Below are positions 8,796 to 18,898 of a stretch of 43,260 nucleotides of DNA, one piece after another. Position numbers and translations under genes: made by a program. The notes beneath the pieces are model-generated. The model searched no databases. It had not been told where the DNA came from and was given only the letters and a program-made list of their open reading frames with translations. The DNA is taken from IMG/VR virus record IMGVR_UViG_3300036660_000029, positions 1 through 43,260 of that record. One strand, written 5' to 3'. Position 1 is the first letter of the stretch. Each line of letters begins with the position of its first letter. Source of the DNA: a virus. Its lineage: Duplodnaviria; Caudoviricetes.

Positions 8796-10720
8796 TGGAA
8801 GCAAAATTAAACGTAGAAATCGGTGCGGAAATACAAAAACTAAATACTGGTTTTGCCCAGGCTATTAAGACAGTCGAATCAGGAGCGTCCAAAATAGATT
8901 CAGACGTAAAGAGGGTAGAACGTTCATTCACGGTACTTAATAATACTAAGTTTACTTTTGGTTCTAACTTTCAGACAGCATCAAGTAAGTTAGCGGCGGA
9001 TGCTGCAAGAACAAGTTCCGTTCTGGGAGGCTCACTTGTAAAGGGTTCAAACTCAGCCGCTTTTGCATTAACGAACTTAGGGCGTGTTGCTCAGGATGCA
9101 CCATTTGGGTTTATTGGTATTCAGAACAACTTAAACCCGTTATTGGAATCATTTGCAAGATTAAAGGCCGAAACTGGCTCAACAGGGGCGGCCTTAAAGG
9201 CTTTAGGTTCGTCACTTATCGGCCCGGCCGGATTAGGGATAGCATTGAGTGTTGTATCGGCTGCATTTTTATTTTATCAGCAATATGTAAGAAGTACAAA
9301 AAACGCAACAGAAGAGATAGTAGATGTAAATAAAGAATTTATATCGTCTTTAACTCAGGTTCAACAAGCGCAATTAAAGGGCTCTCAAAATGCCGTAGCG
9401 GAATTAACAACGCTCAAACTTTTATATGCTCAAACGCAAGATGTAACGGTATCGTTAAAGCAAAGAATTGATGCAGTAGATCAATTACAGCAAAAGTACC
9501 CATCGTATTTTAATAATGTAAAAGATGAAGTAATATTAGCCGGTAACGCAAAAGATGCCTATATCGCACTATCTAAAGCAATTCTGGCAACTGCCAGAGC
9601 AAGGGCAGCCGAAGAGTTGATTGCAGAAAACACAAAACAGCAATTAGTTAATGAGCAAAAAATAAAAGACTTAGAAAAACAAGGCTTAACAGTTGCCCGT
9701 GAATTACGAAAAGAAAAGGAATTAGAAGCCGCAATAGTTGCCGCTGGTGGTTCTGAAAGTGAAGGAGCTTTAAACGTAGAAAAAAGACGTAACGAAATAT
9801 CAATAGAAATAGCTAAAAATAAAATAGCAAATAATGCACTTGAGGCCAAAAATTCAGAATTGGTTAAATCTGTAAATATTGAAATAGAAAACGGTGCAAG
9901 GCTAACGGGTGGACTAGGTGATGAAATAAAGAAAAACGTAGAAAAAACAGAAAAGTTAAAACAGGTTACGCAGGAATGGCTAGACTTAATGTTTGCCAAA
10001 GGTAGGGATAAAGCAGTTAGCGGACTTTCAACAGATAGCGGACTTTCAAGCAATAGTTTACTCGGTGATATAACTGCAAAATCACAGGCGGCTGGATTAG
10101 CAAAATTACAGAAGGACACTAAGCAATACCTAGAACATGTAGATGATTTTTCAAAAAATGTTACAGCTATAATAAACAATGGTATAGTTGAAGGGCTTAG
10201 TGGGGTAGGTGAATCACTTGGCAGTGCCCTTGCATCAGGTGAAAACGTGTTAGAGGCTTTCGGCAATTCGGTTTTGTCAACAGTTGGTAGTGTTTTAGTT
10301 CAATTCGGTAAAATGACTATTGCGGCTGGCGTTGCATCGCTGGCGTTAAAGAGTGCTTTAAAATTAGGCAATCCATTTGCAGCCATAGCCGCTGGTACCG
10401 CCCTTGTTGCGATAGGCTCTTTAGTTAGAGGGCTTTCATCAGGTAGTAATAGCAGTCAGGAAGGCTCAGATAGACCCCGTAAAATACCAGGTTTCGCAAA
10501 CGGCGTTCGTGATTTCTCAGGAGGAATAGCCGTAGTTGGTGAGCGTGGCCCCGAATTAGTTAGCCTCCCAACCGGTTCAAGTGTTATACCAAATCATAAC
10601 CTGTCATCATTTGGGGGCGGAGATATTACATTCAATGTATCCAGCCGAATAGATCAGTTAGGTAATTTAATCACCGCTATTGACCGGGAAAGGTCAAGGC
10701 TTAGAAGGGTGGGCGCATAA
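8795..10720 (+). CDS. Tape measure protein
   Basis: 641 aa, Ala/Gly-rich and helical; QDAPFG..GI.NNL, and C-terminal FANG...VVGERGPELV.LP.GS.VIPN. Confidence 0.9.
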   Translation: MEAKLNVEIGAEIQKLNTGFAQAIKTVESGASKIDSDVKRVERSFTVLNNTKFTFGSNFQTASSKLAADAARTSSVLGGSLVKGSNSAAFALTNLGRVAQDAPFGFIGIQNNLNPLLESFARLKAETGSTGAALKALGSSLIGPAGLGIALSVVSAAFLFYQQYVRSTKNATEEIVDVNKEFISSLTQVQQAQLKGSQNAVAELTTLKLLYAQTQDVTVSLKQRIDAVDQLQQKYPSYFNNVKDEVILAGNAKDAYIALSKAILATARARAAEELIAENTKQQLVNEQKIKDLEKQGLTVARELRKEKELEAAIVAAGGSESEGALNVEKRRNEISIEIAKNKIANNALEAKNSELVKSVNIEIENGARLTGGLGDEIKKNVEKTEKLKQVTQEWLDLMFAKGRDKAVSGLSTDSGLSSNSLLGDITAKSQAAGLAKLQKDTKQYLEHVDDFSKNVTAIINNGIVEGLSGVGESLGSALASGENVLEAFGNSVLSTVGSVLVQFGKMTIAAGVASLALKSALKLGNPFAAIAAGTALVAIGSLVRGLSSGSNSSQEGSDRPRKIPGFANGVRDFSGGIAVVGERGPELVSLPTGSSVIPNHNLSSFGGGDITFNVSSRIDQLGNLITAIDRERSRLRRVGA

Positions 10721-13134
10721 TGGCATCTTGGATAGTTGACGAATTTAAGGTAAAGCCTGCGGGGCTTTTAGCCGCATGGAGATATAAGCGTGTTTTAGTT
10801 AGCGATTCAGGTATCATCACTAATGAGGATGTTCCGGGAAAGCCTGACATGAACCTACCGTGTACAACTGATTATCGCAAAACAGACCGCCGTATATTCC
10901 CAAAGGATAGTACTGGCCAGCCGTTAATCGTTCAATTCTGTAACCTAGATACTAAAACTAATTATCGGGTTTATGCTCAGGACTGCACACCATTTGCATT
11001 TGTTCAGCTTGATGTTAACGCTACTAAATGCGGGTACTTAACCCCGTTACCTACACCCGGTTCACCAACTTTGCCATTTTCATTACCTACATACGGGGCG
11101 TACACCACTTTAGAGGATTGCACAGATACAGGCGAGCCGTTAATCGTTAATTTATACCGTAAAAACTATACAGGCACAGTTAGCGATTTAGAAACCGCTG
11201 GCAATAGTCCAGTTGTATTATCGTATCGAGAACCTTCATTAGGAGAGTACGGGATACAGGCGTGCGAGTGCGTGTTATCGTTTCGCTCAACTAGCAACTT
11301 CTCATTAGCTCAGTTTTATACTCAGGATGAGCGGGAATGGTTATTAGAGGTTATAGTTGCCGGGGTTACTAAGTTTAAGGGATACTTAACCCCGGATAGT
11401 GCCACTCAGGAATTTAAATCCGCTCCAGCCGTTGTAACATTAAGGGCAAATGATGGGATAGGAGCGTTAAAGAATGTAACCTACCCTATGCCGGTTGGTA
11501 CTAAAAATAATTTACGTCAATCATTTGTAGACATACTATCCTATGCAATGGCAGTAACTAACCTGCAATTAGGGTTTAATACGGTCAATAATTTATATGA
11601 AAGCAAAAACCTGACAGGCTTAGATGATGACCCTATGGCTCAGAATAAAGTCAATCCATTACGGATGTCGGATGGTCAGGGCAATATATATAACGCATAC
11701 GATGTTATCGAAACACTATGCCAGCAATTCGGGGCAACATTTAGACAGGCAGATGGGGCGTTTCATTTCATTAGAAACAGTGAAATGACTAATGAAGTTA
11801 TCCGTAATAGGGTGTATAACAAAGATGCGTTCTTTTTACGTGGTGAGAATGTAGACAGACTACGTACCGCCGGGGCTTCTGATCAGGACGTTATCTTAAT
11901 AGGCGGAAACCCTACTATAAGCCTAGGCAATGCTTACAAGCGTGTCGAAGTATTAATGAAATACGGAGATATTCCTTCAATTATATTTAATGGTGATTTT
12001 GAGCTATACACGGCTCCTAATTTCCCGTTCTGGTCAAAGGTGGGAGGCATAGATATTACTAGAATACAGCGCACCGTTAATGGTTCGGGAGGCACCCCGG
12101 TAAATATTGAAAACTATGCAGCACAATTCAATCTAAAGGCAGACAATGCGAAATACTTTGAGGCCGAAGCTATCCCGGTTCTAAAAGGTGATAAAATAAG
12201 TTTTGGGATTAGGGTATCGGCTCAGAAGTTTAGAAGTACTCACGGTTTACGGATCAGGTTTAAGATTGGCAATAATTGGCTATATAACGATCCTGATAAT
12301 AACCCGGATACATACGATTGGATAACAAGCCTGGAAACTGCAACACTATTTATCAATCAATCAAATACGGCTGTATATTATTCTTTGTCTTTACCCGACA
12401 TTCCTATTAATGGTGACTTAACTATTCAAGTATTCGGCTTTGAGGATAGAGGAACAGGAAGAACAGACCTTAACCCGGTGTTATGGATTGATGATGTTTC
12501 ATTAAATAAAAGCAATTCTATTGACAAAAATGCAATAAATGGTATATTATCAATATCAGATCAGAACGCTTTTTACACTTTAAAGCCGGATCGTATTGAA
12601 TTAATATATGGTGATTACGATACATCTAATTTTCAGGTAAGGCCAGAACGTGCGCCACAACCAACAATAGAAAATAATATGTTTGCTATCTATACAAGTG
12701 ACGGCTCATATAGTACGGGATGGTATGAGTACGGACTGAGTAAGGCCCCGGCAATAATCGGGCTGTCTTTAGCACGTAGCATATTAAAGATGCATCAACA
12801 GCCGTATAGAAAACTATTCACGGATTTAGAAGGTGATAATCTTTCAATTAACGATATTTATCAAATTAGCGTACCGAATGAAACTGATTTCTCACAAAAG
12901 AAATTTATTATACTATCAGGAGATTTTGATTTAAAGCATCGTAAAGCATACAGCGTTCAATTAATGGAGGTGTTTTATAAGAACATTGTAACGAATGATG
13001 CAAGTGTTCCGCATAAAAGTGGAGTATTCGATATTAAAGAACAGTTAAGTATGAGCATAGATCAAAACCCTAGCAATATATCACAATCGGGAGGCGGAAT
13101 ATTTACTGAACAATTTACGCAAGAATTTAGTTAA
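10720..13134 (+). CDS. Tail tip / baseplate hub-like protein
   Basis: 804 aa directly after the tape measure gene; LRANDGIGALK, NGDFE domain, and IFTEQFTQEF end. Confidence 0.65.
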   Translation: MASWIVDEFKVKPAGLLAAWRYKRVLVSDSGIITNEDVPGKPDMNLPCTTDYRKTDRRIFPKDSTGQPLIVQFCNLDTKTNYRVYAQDCTPFAFVQLDVNATKCGYLTPLPTPGSPTLPFSLPTYGAYTTLEDCTDTGEPLIVNLYRKNYTGTVSDLETAGNSPVVLSYREPSLGEYGIQACECVLSFRSTSNFSLAQFYTQDEREWLLEVIVAGVTKFKGYLTPDSATQEFKSAPAVVTLRANDGIGALKNVTYPMPVGTKNNLRQSFVDILSYAMAVTNLQLGFNTVNNLYESKNLTGLDDDPMAQNKVNPLRMSDGQGNIYNAYDVIETLCQQFGATFRQADGAFHFIRNSEMTNEVIRNRVYNKDAFFLRGENVDRLRTAGASDQDVILIGGNPTISLGNAYKRVEVLMKYGDIPSIIFNGDFELYTAPNFPFWSKVGGIDITRIQRTVNGSGGTPVNIENYAAQFNLKADNAKYFEAEAIPVLKGDKISFGIRVSAQKFRSTHGLRIRFKIGNNWLYNDPDNNPDTYDWITSLETATLFINQSNTAVYYSLSLPDIPINGDLTIQVFGFEDRGTGRTDLNPVLWIDDVSLNKSNSIDKNAINGILSISDQNAFYTLKPDRIELIYGDYDTSNFQVRPERAPQPTIENNMFAIYTSDGSYSTGWYEYGLSKAPAIIGLSLARSILKMHQQPYRKLFTDLEGDNLSINDIYQISVPNETDFSQKKFIILSGDFDLKHRKAYSVQLMEVFYKNIVTNDASVPHKSGVFDIKEQLSMSIDQNPSNISQSGGGIFTEQFTQEFS

Positions 13135-13146
13135 TTTTATAAAATC

Positions 13147-13707
13147 ATGGGAGTTGTAGACGATTTACTGGCATACGATGCAACGGTACTAGCAAATGTA
13201 ACCGTCAAGACTGCCATAAACAGTATTGACCCGGTAGTTGTCGGTAATATTGGAACAGATTTATCTGCAACGATTTCACCGTACATGGCAACGATTAACC
13301 AGGAAGGTATTTCTTCTGGTAACTCAGTACCTTTAGATATTAATGGGGCAGATGGTGATAGGTATTACTATAACTCAGGTTCGACAACTACGGAATACCG
13401 TAAAGAGGGCGCTGTATGGGTTAGTAAAGCAACCATAAGCGGAACAGGTGGAAATAAGCAAACCATTGCTAAAAGTCAAACCGATTTAATTGAGGATGGA
13501 GCCGGGACGGGTAATTATTACCTTAAATATACAGATGCAAGTGGTTTAGCAATAACAGCCGGAATACGCCCATACTCAATTAACAGCGTTCAGGGCACTC
13601 ACGAATATGGCATCCCTGCAATAGTAGAAGATGATGATACATGGGATTTTCCTAGAATATACGGATTTCAAAATGTTACACAAACGATAACAATTTACGG
13701 AATATGA
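13147..13707 (+). CDS. Putative minor tail / fibre-attachment protein
   Basis: Position, and GADGDRYY...Y.K..W motif typical of fibre domains. Confidence 0.5.
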   Translation: MGVVDDLLAYDATVLANVTVKTAINSIDPVVVGNIGTDLSATISPYMATINQEGISSGNSVPLDINGADGDRYYYNSGSTTTEYRKEGAVWVSKATISGTGGNKQTIAKSQTDLIEDGAGTGNYYLKYTDASGLAITAGIRPYSINSVQGTHEYGIPAIVEDDDTWDFPRIYGFQNVTQTITIYGI

Positions 13708-16034
13708 AAAAGCTACTCTTATTATTACTATTACTACCATTTCTGGCAAATGCTCAGATTAACGGGACGCTTCAAAAAACCAGTGCAACCGATGAGGTGA
13801 GAGGCGCTTTTGGAAGCATAGGTATAGATACCTTATCTCAGATATTTAAGAACGCAAAAACCGCCTATGTTGACACGTTAGGCAATAACACGACTGCAAA
13901 GATTGGCCGAACAGATAAGCCATACGCCACCATAACAGCCGCTATTGACGCTTTAGGTTCATCCGGGATCATTCAAATAGGGGTTGGACGTTTTGCAAGT
14001 CCTGATAGTTCTAAGATTAAAAGTAATTACTGGTTTAAGGGATCGGGCAAGCCTGTTCCAAACTGGACAATTAATGTAAATAGAACGAAAACAGCACCTA
14101 CAAGACTTATAAACGGAACGGTTTTATATGGGGTTTTTGACGCTTCACGGGAAAAGAATATAAGCGTTTCTGATCTTGGAATTGATGTAGGTAGTTCTTG
14201 GGCTACTACTTTTAATGCAGGCGTTGCTAAAGATGCGTTACTTTTTGCAGCTACGGATTTCATGGTATCTAAACCGCCACTACCGGGCATTGTAGTTAAA
14301 AACGTATCAACATTAGGTAAGGATGCAACAAGTTCATTTCATGCGGCTTTGTTTGAAAATCTTTATTATCCGATAGTCAACAATCTATCAACCTATTATT
14401 TAGCCGCAGGGATTGTAATAAAAACTACGGGAGGTACTTATACAGACCTTCAAGCTTTTGGTCATACCACAGCAGGTCTATATATTAAAGCTAATGATGC
14501 GATTGTTTGCCGCGACCTCGTAATTTCAAATGTCACAGTTAGCGATATTAACAATTACGACAACGGAGGGATTTTATTTACGGCAGAAGCAAATATTTTC
14601 AATGTTCAGCTTACTAATTTTTCAGTACGGAATGTAACGGGGGTGGGGTTAAGATTATTTGACAACGGGGCGGTAATTGATAACGCTTTAATTGCAAATG
14701 GAACTATTGATTCAGTGAAATATGCTGGTGGATCAACATTAGGTCACGGGGTACTTGGGACTTTTAATTATTCCAACCTAAGTAATATAGTAATAAGAGA
14801 TGTACAGGGTTCTGCTTTTAACATGACCGGCATCCTTAATTCTTCATTAAGTAACTTAAAAGCGACTGTATCTGGTGGGTATAATTTTATTTTAAGCGCA
14901 GATGCTAGTTCCCCTACTAAAGTAAGCAATATATATTCTTACACTGTATTACCTACCGGTCTCGGTATTAGCTGGTCAGGAACGGGAATATACGGAACAG
15001 ATATTTTTAATTCAGGTACAACTTCCGGAACTCCGTTAACCGCATTAAATGCTGCAACATCTGTAATAACCGACAATACGACATCGAATACTACGGTATA
15101 TCCTGCGTGGACTATCGGAGCGTCTTATAATTCTCTCGCTAGTATATCGAGTACTAAACTCAGCTTTAATCCATCTACGGGGATACTATCAGCAACAGGG
15201 TTTAGTGGCGGGCTAACAGGCAACGCAAGTACTGCTACAAGCTCTGCAACATTAACAACCACAAGAACGATTTTCGGACAAAACTTTAATGGATCGGCAA
15301 ATGTAAGCGGCGCGGTTACCGCAACAACAATAGATGGAACAATCGCAACCTTTAACTCATCAACGCCCTCTAAATTTTGGGATGGCTCACAGGGTCTTTT
15401 TATAGGCCCATATACAGGGGGTGGCGGGTTTGGTGCTATCTACTCAACTGGAGTTACTCCGGGGGCAACTAATTATATGCTGATTGGTAGAGGGGATGTT
15501 GTAGGAATAAACGCAACCGGAACAGCATCTTTAAATGTTGCCGGGAATGCTATTGTAACAGCAAATTCAACCGGATTGACCATAGCACCTACCCCCACAA
15601 CCTCCGCTAGTACATACGATATACTAACTAGGAATACAAGTACGGGGGTAGTTGAGAAGGTGGCGAGTAGTACATCGTCTAGCGGAACCTATACGCCGAC
15701 ATTGACGAATATTACTAACGCCCCAACTATTTCAGGTGCGCAACATTTTTATACAAGAGTAGGTAATATAGTCACTGTGTATGGAAGAGTTACTATATCG
15801 CCTACTGCATTTGCAGGAACAAGTACTCAAATAGAAATATCTTTGCCGGTAGCATCAAATTTTACAACAGTAGAAGATTTAATCGGTATAATATCAAGTA
15901 ATTTAATAGGTGGGTCGAATTATTCAAATGTTACATTTAATTCAGATTCTACAAACGACAGGGCACAGATAGATTTTAGTGCAAGTGCATCAAGTATTAG
16001 TATCCAATACTCTTTTAACTATATAGTAAAATAA
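13704..16034 (+). CDS. Beta-helix tail spike / fibre-like protein with an N-terminal Sec signal peptide
   Basis: MKKLLLLLLLLPFLANA-Q; G...KPYATITAAI cap; repeated Asn/Ile/Ser strands; C-terminal GTYTPTL...YTRVGNIVTV fibre domain. Confidence 0.7.
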   Translation: MKKLLLLLLLLPFLANAQINGTLQKTSATDEVRGAFGSIGIDTLSQIFKNAKTAYVDTLGNNTTAKIGRTDKPYATITAAIDALGSSGIIQIGVGRFASPDSSKIKSNYWFKGSGKPVPNWTINVNRTKTAPTRLINGTVLYGVFDASREKNISVSDLGIDVGSSWATTFNAGVAKDALLFAATDFMVSKPPLPGIVVKNVSTLGKDATSSFHAALFENLYYPIVNNLSTYYLAAGIVIKTTGGTYTDLQAFGHTTAGLYIKANDAIVCRDLVISNVTVSDINNYDNGGILFTAEANIFNVQLTNFSVRNVTGVGLRLFDNGAVIDNALIANGTIDSVKYAGGSTLGHGVLGTFNYSNLSNIVIRDVQGSAFNMTGILNSSLSNLKATVSGGYNFILSADASSPTKVSNIYSYTVLPTGLGISWSGTGIYGTDIFNSGTTSGTPLTALNAATSVITDNTTSNTTVYPAWTIGASYNSLASISSTKLSFNPSTGILSATGFSGGLTGNASTATSSATLTTTRTIFGQNFNGSANVSGAVTATTIDGTIATFNSSTPSKFWDGSQGLFIGPYTGGGGFGAIYSTGVTPGATNYMLIGRGDVVGINATGTASLNVAGNAIVTANSTGLTIAPTPTTSASTYDILTRNTSTGVVEKVASSTSSSGTYTPTLTNITNAPTISGAQHFYTRVGNIVTVYGRVTISPTAFAGTSTQIEISLPVASNFTTVEDLIGIISSNLIGGSNYSNVTFNSDSTNDRAQIDFSASASSISIQYSFNYIVK

Positions 16035-16041
16035 ACACAAT

Positions 16042-16275
16042 ATGAACAGACTACAATTTGAAAAGAAAATATCACCAACTCAGCCAAAGGGATTGTTATG
16101 GAAATTACTTTCAGCCGCTATCCTGAAATGGCTGTATGAGAATGCAGAAGTTATTTTACCTATCTTGATTGAAAAGGTATTCGGAGTAACTAAGGCTAAC
16201 AGGTTTCTGAATGCTATGATGGGTGATGATAAGCCTGATAAAGGCACTACACCACCGCCACCTTTCACAAATTGA
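16042..16275 (+). CDS. Hypothetical protein (lysis region)
   Basis: Amphipathic ORF with a poly-Pro end. Confidence 0.6.
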   Translation: MNRLQFEKKISPTQPKGLLWKLLSAAILKWLYENAEVILPILIEKVFGVTKANRFLNAMMGDDKPDKGTTPPPPFTN

Positions 16276-16631
16276 GATACGGCTTAGTCATACTATATTT
16301 AATTAATGCAGGACTTTATCTATGGTTTAGTCCCGCATTAAAAGATAAGTACGTTAATGAATTTTCGGCATGGTATTTTGGATCGGAGGGAATATTTATT
16401 TCATTAATTTTATTTCTGGCCGTTAGTTGTAAGAATTACATTGAAAAACAATTAATTTACATTTTAGCTATATTTATTTTTATAAGATCAATGCTTTATA
16501 TTTTAAATTATACACTTATCTTTACAATTAACAGCCGTATGCACATGGTACATTTGGCACTTTTTTCGCTTGTATTTGTATTACCAACATTTATAAGCGC
16601 GTATAGACATGGATACTTTAAGAAGAATTAA
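16272..16631 (+). CDS. Multi-pass membrane protein (about 4 TM)
   Basis: Four hydrophobic segments; TTG start overlapping the upstream TGA. Confidence 0.6.
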   Translation: MRYGLVILYLINAGLYLWFSPALKDKYVNEFSAWYFGSEGIFISLILFLAVSCKNYIEKQLIYILAIFIFIRSMLYILNYTLIFTINSRMHMVHLALFSLVFVLPTFISAYRHGYFKKN

Positions 16632-16632
16632 G

Positions 16633-16878
16633 ATGCCAGAAGATTCAGTTCCGATAATAAAGCATGTATTGGACTTAGCCACAACCTTTATACCCTATAC
16701 TGTAGTATTTGGTATTTTCTGGAAAATCATAGATGCGATTTTTAAGTATGCAAGCGAGGGAAGAGATACAAGAACTATTGAGCTTATTGACAGGGAAACA
16801 AAGGATTTACGGACGGATATGAAAGATTTAACCAAATCAATAAATGTATTAAGTTCGCAAATAGAAAGGAAGTTTTGA
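16633..16878 (+). CDS. Holin-like single-TM protein with coiled-coil tail
   Basis: One TM segment then a charged heptad tail; immediately before the endolysin. Confidence 0.5.
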   Translation: MPEDSVPIIKHVLDLATTFIPYTVVFGIFWKIIDAIFKYASEGRDTRTIELIDRETKDLRTDMKDLTKSINVLSSQIERKF

Positions 16879-16879
16879 A

Positions 16880-17344
16880 ATGACCGTACAACAATTAAGA
16901 GATAGGATAGCTGAATTACTGGGGGATAAATATATCTCTGAGTGTGAGGGGCGTTATTTCCTTCAATTCGATTCAAGCGATGATTTAACCATATCAGCAT
17001 TACCAAATTTCACACTTGAAGAACTATTAACTAAAAATAAAGTTGATACGTTTACTAAGCTTGAATTGGGTGTTTTGGTACTATTACAGACGATTAGAGA
17101 TGAGTTCGGCTATCCGGTGGTGGTTAGTTCGTCTTACAGGTCAAAGACGTACAACAAGTCAAAGAGTGGAGCAACAGCAAGCCGACACATGATAGGTGAT
17201 GCCATTGATTCACACCCGAAGGATTCAAAGAGATTAATGTCGTATAAAAAACTAATTATGGGTATGGATATACCCGGAGGTATGGGAATTTATCCCCAAT
17301 TTGTGCATATTGATACCCGCCCCTGGAAAGCTCGTTGGTACTAA
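16880..17344 (+). CDS. Endolysin, peptidase M15 family
   Basis: SSYRS..YN...GA..SRH..G.AID and FVHIDTR zinc motifs. Confidence 0.9.
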   Translation: MTVQQLRDRIAELLGDKYISECEGRYFLQFDSSDDLTISALPNFTLEELLTKNKVDTFTKLELGVLVLLQTIRDEFGYPVVVSSSYRSKTYNKSKSGATASRHMIGDAIDSHPKDSKRLMSYKKLIMGMDIPGGMGIYPQFVHIDTRPWKARWY

Positions 17345-17354
17345 ATAACGAAAT

Positions 17355-17624
17355 ATGAAAAATTTCTTTGACTATATCGAAAAATTCCACTTCAAAAACT
17401 TATTTGCATTATTGTTGTGCTATAAGATGTTAGACCTCCTGGATGAAAAGAGTAGCCTTAGAGATATTTTAATAGTTTTGCTTACACTTATCATTAAACA
17501 TTACTTTGATAGCAACACCGGGGCCGTAAAGCGTGATGAGGTAATATCTCAGGCATTAACTCAGGCACAAGGCAAAGTATCTCCAACCGTTGAGAATGCC
17601 GAAACTGTAAACGTAAAGAAATGA
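17355..17624 (+). CDS. Putative holin
   Basis: Hydrophobic segments ending I..HYFDS...KRD; follows the endolysin. Confidence 0.5.
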   Translation: MKNFFDYIEKFHFKNLFALLLCYKMLDLLDEKSSLRDILIVLLTLIIKHYFDSNTGAVKRDEVISQALTQAQGKVSPTVENAETVNVKK

Positions 17625-17707
17625 GAGAGCATCTGCCAGCTTTAATCGGATTGTTGATAATACTAGCAATGGTTTTACTTATACGCAAGCAACGGCACAA
17701 CGGTTAA
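17621..17707 (+). CDS. 28-aa hydrophobic peptide with cationic tail
   Basis: MREHLPALIGLLIILAMVLLIRKQRHNG; ATGA-coupled. Confidence 0.45.
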   Translation: MREHLPALIGLLIILAMVLLIRKQRHNG

Positions 17708-17936
17708 TCGTAATGCCTTTTATCATTGCAGTTATCAAAGTCCTGGCAGTAGATCACAACTACTATTACACAGGCGAAAAGTAAGCATGCTATTTCTTGT
17801 AAGTGTTCCATAATACTATAATTTGTTCAGTTAATGCTACTGTTACCCCTATTACAGTTGAGACGACAAATACCCAAAATAGGTAAGAGCCAATTATTTG
17901 TAGTGTTTCCATATATTAAAGTTAAGGTTAATTTAA

Positions 17937-18113
17937 TTAATGTAATGTTAGTTCTTTAATTACCAATGCAGTAGAATCGTTTATATATTTTTCTGCTTTA
18001 TACCTATCGCTAAAGCATCCTAGTATCAATAAATCTGATTTTCTAAGGACTATAAATACTGTTTGGGTAGTTATAGGAACTACGGGTATTAATTCTTTTG
18101 AATATTCTTGCAT
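17937..18113 (-). CDS. Hypothetical protein (58 aa)
   Basis: Hand translation MQEYSKELIPVVP...KELTLH, downstream of the lipoprotein gene. Confidence 0.5.
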   Translation of the reverse strand: MQEYSKELIPVVPITTQTVFIVLRKSDLLILGCFSDRYKAEKYINDSTALVIKELTLH

Positions 18114-18118
18114 AACTA

Positions 18119-18451
18119 TTATAATTTATATTCTAAATAAACCGACTTCTCTGTAAATACCTGCGCCTTAACCACCCTACCATCTATCAATACTCTAAGC
18201 GTTGAGGTCTGATTTGGTACTCTAAAGACAAATACCTGAATGATGTATTTTTGAGTACTCACAGGAATAGTTTTTGTCCAGGATTTCCCGGTAAACTCAA
18301 AAAGTGTTTGCAATCCATGTTCAGATGTGTATTCCCCTGCATAATTACCGCTAACGTTTGTACTAAACTCGAAGGTGATCTCCCTGAATTGGGGTACATC
18401 TTTTTTGCAACTTGCTAGTGTTAGTAGTAGTATTAGGTAGAGGGGTTTCAT
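18119..18451 (-). CDS. Lipoprotein
   Basis: MKPLYLILLLTLASC-KKD lipobox with Bacteroidota-like charged residues after the Cys. Confidence 0.8.
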   Translation of the reverse strand: MKPLYLILLLTLASCKKDVPQFREITFEFSTNVSGNYAGEYTSEHGLQTLFEFTGKSWTKTIPVSTQKYIIQVFVFRVPNQTSTLRVLIDGRVVKAQVFTEKSVYLEYKL

Positions 18452-18455
18452 ACTA

Positions 18456-18812
18456 TTACTTATTAGTTGTTGGTTTTGGTGGGAGGTTCATCCAAAATGC
18501 AAATTCATCACAATGTTTTACCATGCTCCAATCATGAATTGATACAGATAAACTTTTTTGATCTTCATTTAATTTGCGGTATAAAAGAACTTTGCCGTTC
18601 TCGTCTGCATCTTCAAGTTTTGGCAATCGTTCCTTTACACTTATCCATCCCTGTTGGGGGTCTAATGATTTGGAAGTATCACCCAAACTATCCTCAATCT
18701 CCTGTAAATCATCAATTCGATCTTCAAACTCTGAATCCTGTTCGTTATCGGGGTGTGCCATTAAGCAAAGTTTGACCGACTGTATTTTATGGAGTAGTGT
18801 TTCTTTTTCCAT
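18456..18812 (-). CDS. DUF551-like phage protein
   Basis: WISVKERLP...WMNLPPKP signature. Confidence 0.7.
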   Translation of the reverse strand: MEKETLLHKIQSVKLCLMAHPDNEQDSEFEDRIDDLQEIEDSLGDTSKSLDPQQGWISVKERLPKLEDADENGKVLLYRKLNEDQKSLSVSIHDWSMVKHCDEFAFWMNLPPKPTTNK

Positions 18813-18834
18813 TGTATTCCTGTTTAGTGTGAAA

Positions 18835-18842
18835 CAAAAGTA
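18835..18842 (-). promoter_or_regulatory. Leftward -7 promoter element TACTTTTG
   Basis: Matches Bacteroidota TAnnTTTG, upstream of the gene starting at 18812. Confidence 0.6.
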
Positions 18843-18869
18843 TACATAAATATAATATGTTGTATACTT
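18838..18869. promoter_or_regulatory. Inverted repeat AAGTATACA-N14-TGTATACTT, candidate operator
   Basis: Perfect 9-bp arms between divergent promoters. Confidence 0.5.
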
Positions 18870-18886
18870 TATTTAAAATAAATTTA

Positions 18887-18894
18887 TATCTTTG
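18887..18894 (+). promoter_or_regulatory. Rightward -7 promoter TATCTTTG
   Basis: TAnnTTTG 4 nt before ATG 18899 (near-leaderless). Confidence 0.65.
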
Positions 18895-18898
18895 TTTT

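Noticed and set aside
9559-10266. 235-aa minus-strand ORF
   Set aside because: Antisense shadow of the tape measure gene; Ser/Phe-rich, no promoter and no motifs.
17700-17935. Tiny minus-strand ORFs in the convergence zone
   Set aside because: Several 28-45 codon frames are possible and none has clear support, so they were left unannotated.
18467-18849. Two plus-strand ORFs (102 and 91 aa)
   Set aside because: They overlap the better supported minus-strand DUF551-like gene.
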